Origin: Setoptus koraiensis
Taxonomy: Eukaryota; Animalia; Arthropoda
Length of the DNA stretch: 64,000 bases
Direction of reading: 5' to 3'
NCBI GenBank assembly: GCA_048013815.1
Contig: CM106585.1
Coordinates: 11,346,001 to 11,410,000 of the forward strand
Part shown: piece by piece, positions 59,553 to 64,000 of the stretch
Position numbering within the stretch: the first letter of the stretch is position 1
Layout of the letters: every line of letters begins with the position of its first letter
Program-made: the position numbers and the translations under genes
Notes under the pieces: model-generated
Told to the model about the DNA's origin: nothing
Databases searched by the model: none
What the model saw: the letters and a program-made list of their open reading frames with translations, nothing else

Positions 59553-60042
59553 TCAGTACCCACCGTTCACTTGACCGCCACCACTGCCATAGGAGCCAGA
59601 AACCGGACGTGGACCGCTTCCGTAACCAGATTGTATTGGTCTAGGTTGATGATAACCAGCATTTCCGTAGGTTCCCCCAGTCGGTATCGGTGGTCCATGA
59701 GAGGGGGCGTAACCTCCACTTCCTTGGAATCCAGGCTCATCTATATCGGGTAACAGAGGTGATTCAGAAACTTTAGTTTCACAATCACTAGTAGCACAAA
59801 TATACAGTTTATGTTTTCATACTTACAGCAATCACACCTGCACGCTGGTTGAACGGGACCTACACCACCTCCATGGTAGCTGTTAAAAAATAGAATTTAA
59901 GATTTAGTTGATTTGGTATTCAAGTTGCTATAAGGGAATGAAAACTCTTTCATAATCCTAGTTGTGAGTACCTCTTGTGAGCCTGAACAGCCGCTACCAA
60001 GACCAACAATAGTATGGGTAGGATCAACTTGATTGAAGACAT
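59553..60042 (-). CDS. Small secreted Gly/Pro/Tyr-rich protein (103 aa) with a CRCDC motif; exons 60042-59972, 59879-59827, 59740-59553
   Basis: Not in the ORF track. Signal peptide MSSIKLILPILLLVLVAAVQA. Canonical AAGAG|GTAC, taacag|, T|GTAAGT and atatag| junctions all keep the frame. Mature part: HKSYHGGGVGPVQPACRCDCYEPGFQGSGGYAPSHGPP...GGY*. Confidence 0.85.
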
Positions 60043-60169
60043 CTTGTTCTCTTTGCGTATGCTGATTTATTGGAAAAGTTTGAGGATTGTCTATTTTGAT
60101 AGATTTTCTTAAGTTTGGTTCTTTTTCACTACTTTTGTAAACTAATGATAGTTCGTATACTACATCCTA

Positions 60170-60177
60170 TTTATATA
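60170..60177 (-). promoter_or_regulatory. TATA box plus Inr for the Gly/Pro/Tyr-rich gene
   Basis: Minus-strand TATATAAA with an Inr-like TCATT about 25-30 nt downstream (near 60144-60149), about 100 nt before the ATG. Confidence 0.55.
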
Positions 60178-61130
60178 CTTCTGGCCCGCCTGACGCAGCA
60201 TACGACGAAGAATATGGGAAAACTCAAGTTCAAGGTTAACACTTTAATTCGATAGCAAGTTTATTGACGATAATAGCTGCTAACATTTTAGCAGCTATCC
60301 TCTGGGGATATCGTCGTTGATTACAAATCGGTCGTGATCGAACAATAATTGATTGATTGGACGGTTGAAAGAACACAATGAGTTATCTCTATACAGATTG
60401 TATTTCTTGTTTATGTTATGCGATTCCAAAAACTATAAACAAGTGATTTCGAAAATCGAAAGCAGTTATGTGTCTGATGTAAAGGGGTGGAAAGGAAATT
60501 TCCAAAACTTTAGTATTTCCTTCATGTTGTGTGTTTGATATGAGATGAAAACAACAATGAAGTACCTAAGAAGAATTCCTACTATTTCTTGCACAGGGTT
60601 GCAATACAACACTTCGGAGTTTATAACTCATAACTCAACTCTTGTATGATATGGGCAAGTCATTCGAATTCAATTCTCTACAACAACTCTGACAAGATTG
60701 ATCATGCAAATACTTTATAAAATGCACAGTGATGTAACAAACAACTTTCATTACTCGATAGTCGCCTTTGCTATTTCAAATTGCATCGAGGGGTGAGTGG
60801 GAATGAGAGAGATACAATAATGGCTGGATAATTGATGTGAAATTTGGATTATTGTTTAATTCTAGTTTTACGTGGAACTATACAAGTCATTCTTCTGCCA
60901 CATCATAGTTGAATACTTATAAATTGCTTAGCAACAACAAATTAACAGTTTAGACTGATCACTGCTTTTGAGATAATGATTGCATAATAATAAAGGATTT
61001 TGACACTCGTCCATAGAATCTATTCACATTGTAATCACTTTGGGTTATCCAGATCTGATCGATAGCAAAGGGTAATCTGTCCAACTCAACGATAATGGAG
61101 TATTGGGCTCTCGCTTTGAGCTAGTATTCC

Positions 61131-62196
61131 CTAGAAAGGGCGCGCAGTCGGGCCTATTCTGGTGACATGTTTCTTTTCGCCAAACTGGTCTGTCTGCATC
61201 CTCAGATCATCACATACTTCTACCACAATTCGTGGCTGAGATTCGGTGGCCTCATGAATCAGATGCGCTTTTCCTGGAAATGAATTGGTTTAAAGAAAAA
61301 GTATTGATTATTAGTATATTGATCCTCTATGAAACAGCAAACTGAGAGTCAAAATTTTACTTATTTTAAACAATAATCTTTTTTTTTTGGGGTGGGGGCA
61401 TGTAGAACTCACCAGGAACTAAGTTTGCTATAGCTGAAATCAATTGAACATCTATACAGGGTGAATTTTCTGTGACTGGTTCCCAGCCGACTGGCGGTGA
61501 AGCAGGAGGCGAGATGAGAAATTGTCTGGTAGGTTTAGGAGGCAGTAGATAATTTGAGGAGCATGAGCCTTGATTGGATTTGATCATTCGAACAGCATAG
61601 CATTTAGATGCTGCACCAACTGCAAAATTATTATAGTTAAGACGAGCCGCCTCGGCCTGCTCGGGTGTGCTGAAATCTATGCGAATTCTTCTGAAACTTC
61701 TCAGATATCTGAATGTTATATTGGGGTCGTAAACATTAAATAAAGATTCAAATTGCTGTTGAAGTTCGCGGTTAATAAACAGCCTACTGTCCACATTTGT
61801 AACAACCAATATATTCGATGATTCTTCTCTTTCAGAAAAATTTTCAATTTGCGAAACATCGTCATCAATATCATCAGTCTTTAAACTACTGCTGTCAGAT
61901 AGTTCCACTTGGGCATTGAAACGACTCTTGATGTAATCCTCACAAGAATCCATAAAACAATCGAATGTATTGCTATCCGAGTGTCTTTCTATATTTATAC
62001 ACGGGCCGACTGTTGTGTCATTAATATTATTGCCAGTGCTTGATTCATCCATACACATATCATGAAGCTGATTTGATATCTCCTCCATGGCTAAGGAATT
62101 AGGAAATATTGCATTTGTCTGTTGCTGTTGGCCAACGGGAAACTGTGTGGTACCATCAGAAGGTGAAGTGTTAGGGGGCGAATGATGGCTAGTCAT
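61131..62196 (-). CDS. RCAN: Calcipressin / regulator of calcineurin (RCAN, sarah-like), 308 aa; exons 62196-61413 and 61273-61131
   Basis: RRM-like FRYLRSFRRIRIDF and the FLISPPASPPVGWEP signature. The CCTG|GTGAGT donor and ttccag| acceptor add HEATESQPRIVVEVC (PxIxIT-like) and terminal TARP. Confidence 0.93.
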
Positions 62197-63358
62197 TTTC
62201 ACTCACGGCTGGATGTTAAATTAAAATGAATTCATCAATCTAGACTATGAGCATAGCATCAGTTTATTCGGGCTATGAATTGAGTTCCTGATAGCTAGGC
62301 GTCTTAAACTAAATTACACCATATTTTTTGAGAAGAAATGGATTGCCTCAATATCGATGGATGCCTCAAAAGAAATTAAGCATACTCCAATAAAATCGTA
62401 AGTAAGTAAGACTGATGCAATTTCAACAAAAAATGAGGACTGCAGTCGTAATGCATTTGAATTCGCTTGATAGTTGGAACATCAACTAAACTGGCGCCAG
62501 TTTCGAACGTACTTAATCGAATAGAATTAACAGAATGTCTGATGGAATTCTATATTGCAGAGCCTACATCAGTTAACGAACCAGTTTATACCGATAATCA
62601 TTCACCAAGACATCATATACGTTTTCAATCTATTTGAGCACATTCGACAACTTTTATAAGTTTACCGAGACATCGTTAGGTGGTTAGAATAAAATATACG
62701 GTGTACACAATTTGCAGCTCTATATATATCATATTTTCAATATCGATATCCATCTAAATTATACTTTCATGAAAAATAATCGAGAGAAAAGGCTGGCCGT
62801 TTGTAGAGACTCCCAAGGAATCTGTTTTCATTTAATATCGAACTAAGACTTTTAATTATGTTACAAAGAATTTACTTTGAAGATATTATAGATTCAAGCA
62901 ATGGACATTGGTGCGATATCTCGATCTCACAACTCCATGTAATACGCTTGAATTTCGATTTTGTCTCAAGAAAAGATTGACCAGGATTTGAGCGATTTGC
63001 ATGGCGATGAAACAGTAAGGCCTGTCGTTATCTCCTTCCGTCTATTTGGTACATCTGATATGTTCTTTGCTTGACTGCACCAGGTGCTGGAGTACTATTC
63101 GAAAGTCCCCTTGATTCGGAAATCCATTGCGCAAATGTATTTGGTTCAAATTAGGTAACAAACAGTCTGGTATGGAGAGAGTTTATAAAACTTTGGCCTC
63201 TTTCTTTCCCCATGACCCGTTTACAATATTGCGACATTTCTTCTGATTACAGAATCAATTGTTTAAAAAGTGTTCTAGTTACATAAACATTCAACATAAA
63301 TATAAATCTATATACAACAGCAACAATAATCAACAATGACAGAAAAATTACAATTCCT

Positions 63359-64000
63359 TCAATGAGCAGTAACATTCAGACTACTACTAGTCGCGGTACT
63401 ATTGACATTATTACCATTTCCATTATTGACAGAAATGTTCGAACTAACAACCATATGGGAAGTAATACCGGGACTAGTACTCCCGATAGAGTCGGAGTTA
63501 GAACTATCACTATCTTCTACAAGCATTATACTATTGAAGGATGAACTTGCAGTGGATATGGCATCCGAATTAATAGTAGCCGATTGAAGCGGGTCAGTAG
63601 TTGTCTTTTGAGAACATTGACTTGATGATGATTCCGTATTCATGTTTAAATCATCAGTCCGAGAAATAGCCTCGGTGGCATTGATAGAGCCGGATATATT
63701 AGATGAAGTATCATCATTTGAAGAGGTAGTGGATATGCTATCGCTCAATGACGACGATGACATGGATGATTCGCCAACAGAATTTGAGCTTGTATCTTGT
63801 TTGTTGACTGTTGTTGATGGTGATGACATCATTTCTTTTAGTCGACATGAACATGGGCGCAACAATTTAGGAAATATAGCTACTTCGTCATTAAGGCCCC
63901 GGAATATTATCCCACAGCAAATTTTTTCTTTCTTCCATAATGCCATGTCAAGAAACGATGTTATCTTGGAACTATCAGAAGATTTTCTTCTTGATCTATT
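63359..64000 (-). CDS. 3' part of an unidentified gene with a Ser/Thr-rich C-terminus; runs off the window end
   Basis: The frame stays open from 64000 (NRSRRKSSDSSKITSFLDMALWKKEKICCGIIFRG...PCSC) to the stop at 63359. I do not recognise the family. Confidence 0.6.
   Translation of the reverse strand, partial: NRSRRKSSDSSKITSFLDMALWKKEKICCGIIFRGLNDEVAIFPKLLRPCSCRLKEMMSSPSTTVNKQDTSSNSVGESSMSSSSLSDSISTTSSNDDTSSNISGSINATEAISRTDDLNMNTESSSSQCSQKTTTDPLQSATINSDAISTASSSFNSIMLVEDSDSSNSDSIGSTSPGITSHMVVSSNISVNNGNGNNVNSTATSSSLNVTAH

Noticed and set aside
60140-60325. Plus-strand frame with one internal TAA before a hydrophobic tail (readthrough candidate)
   Set aside because: No ATG and not a leaky stop context. 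The region is better explained as the promoter of the minus-strand Gly-rich gene.
1-64000. tRNA, rRNA, snRNA genes, CRISPR arrays, bacterial operons or horizontally acquired bacterial genes
   Set aside because: I saw no cloverleaf, rRNA or snRNA signature and no repeat-spacer array. All identified genes are animal-type. A covariance-model scan (tRNAscan-SE, Infernal) would be needed to exclude degenerate RNAs.

Overview
This is eukaryotic DNA from a very compact, intron-poor arthropod genome. The chelicerate-like gene content, short spacers and 86-152 nt GT-AG introns suggest a mite, most plausibly an eriophyoid; that assignment is inference, not shown by the sequence. I can support about 21 protein-coding loci: a secreted Cys-rich protein, integrin beta, an intronless 11.5 kb unc-80, a mitochondrial glutamate carrier, CNRIP1, a non-inhibitory serpin, a DnaJ/CSL-finger protein, a cystatin, a His/Lys-rich secreted protein, TMEM62, glycerate kinase, a short laminin beta, SH3BP5/parcas, a PFAS remnant, RXR/USP, EME1, TMEM14, PheRS beta, a small Gly/Pro/Tyr-rich secreted protein absent from the ORF track, RCAN, and a gene cut by the window end. 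I rebuilt the exon structures by hand. Many ORF-track starts are TTG/GTG and are not real eukaryotic starts. I found no rRNA, tRNA, snRNA or CRISPR array. The most unusual items are rearranged conserved genes: (1) a PheRS beta with its C-terminal catalytic-like domain duplicated in tandem; (2) a retrotransposon-like segment (putative LTR/PBS, leader, gag start) fused in frame to an internally deleted PFAS fragment; (3) a laminin beta that lacks the polymerising LN domain and has a new secreted N-terminus; (4) a chimera of a DNAJC9-type J-domain and a DPH4-type CSL zinc finger; (5) an RXR whose coactivator charge clamp is lost. All family assignments come from recalled motifs and no database searches were run.
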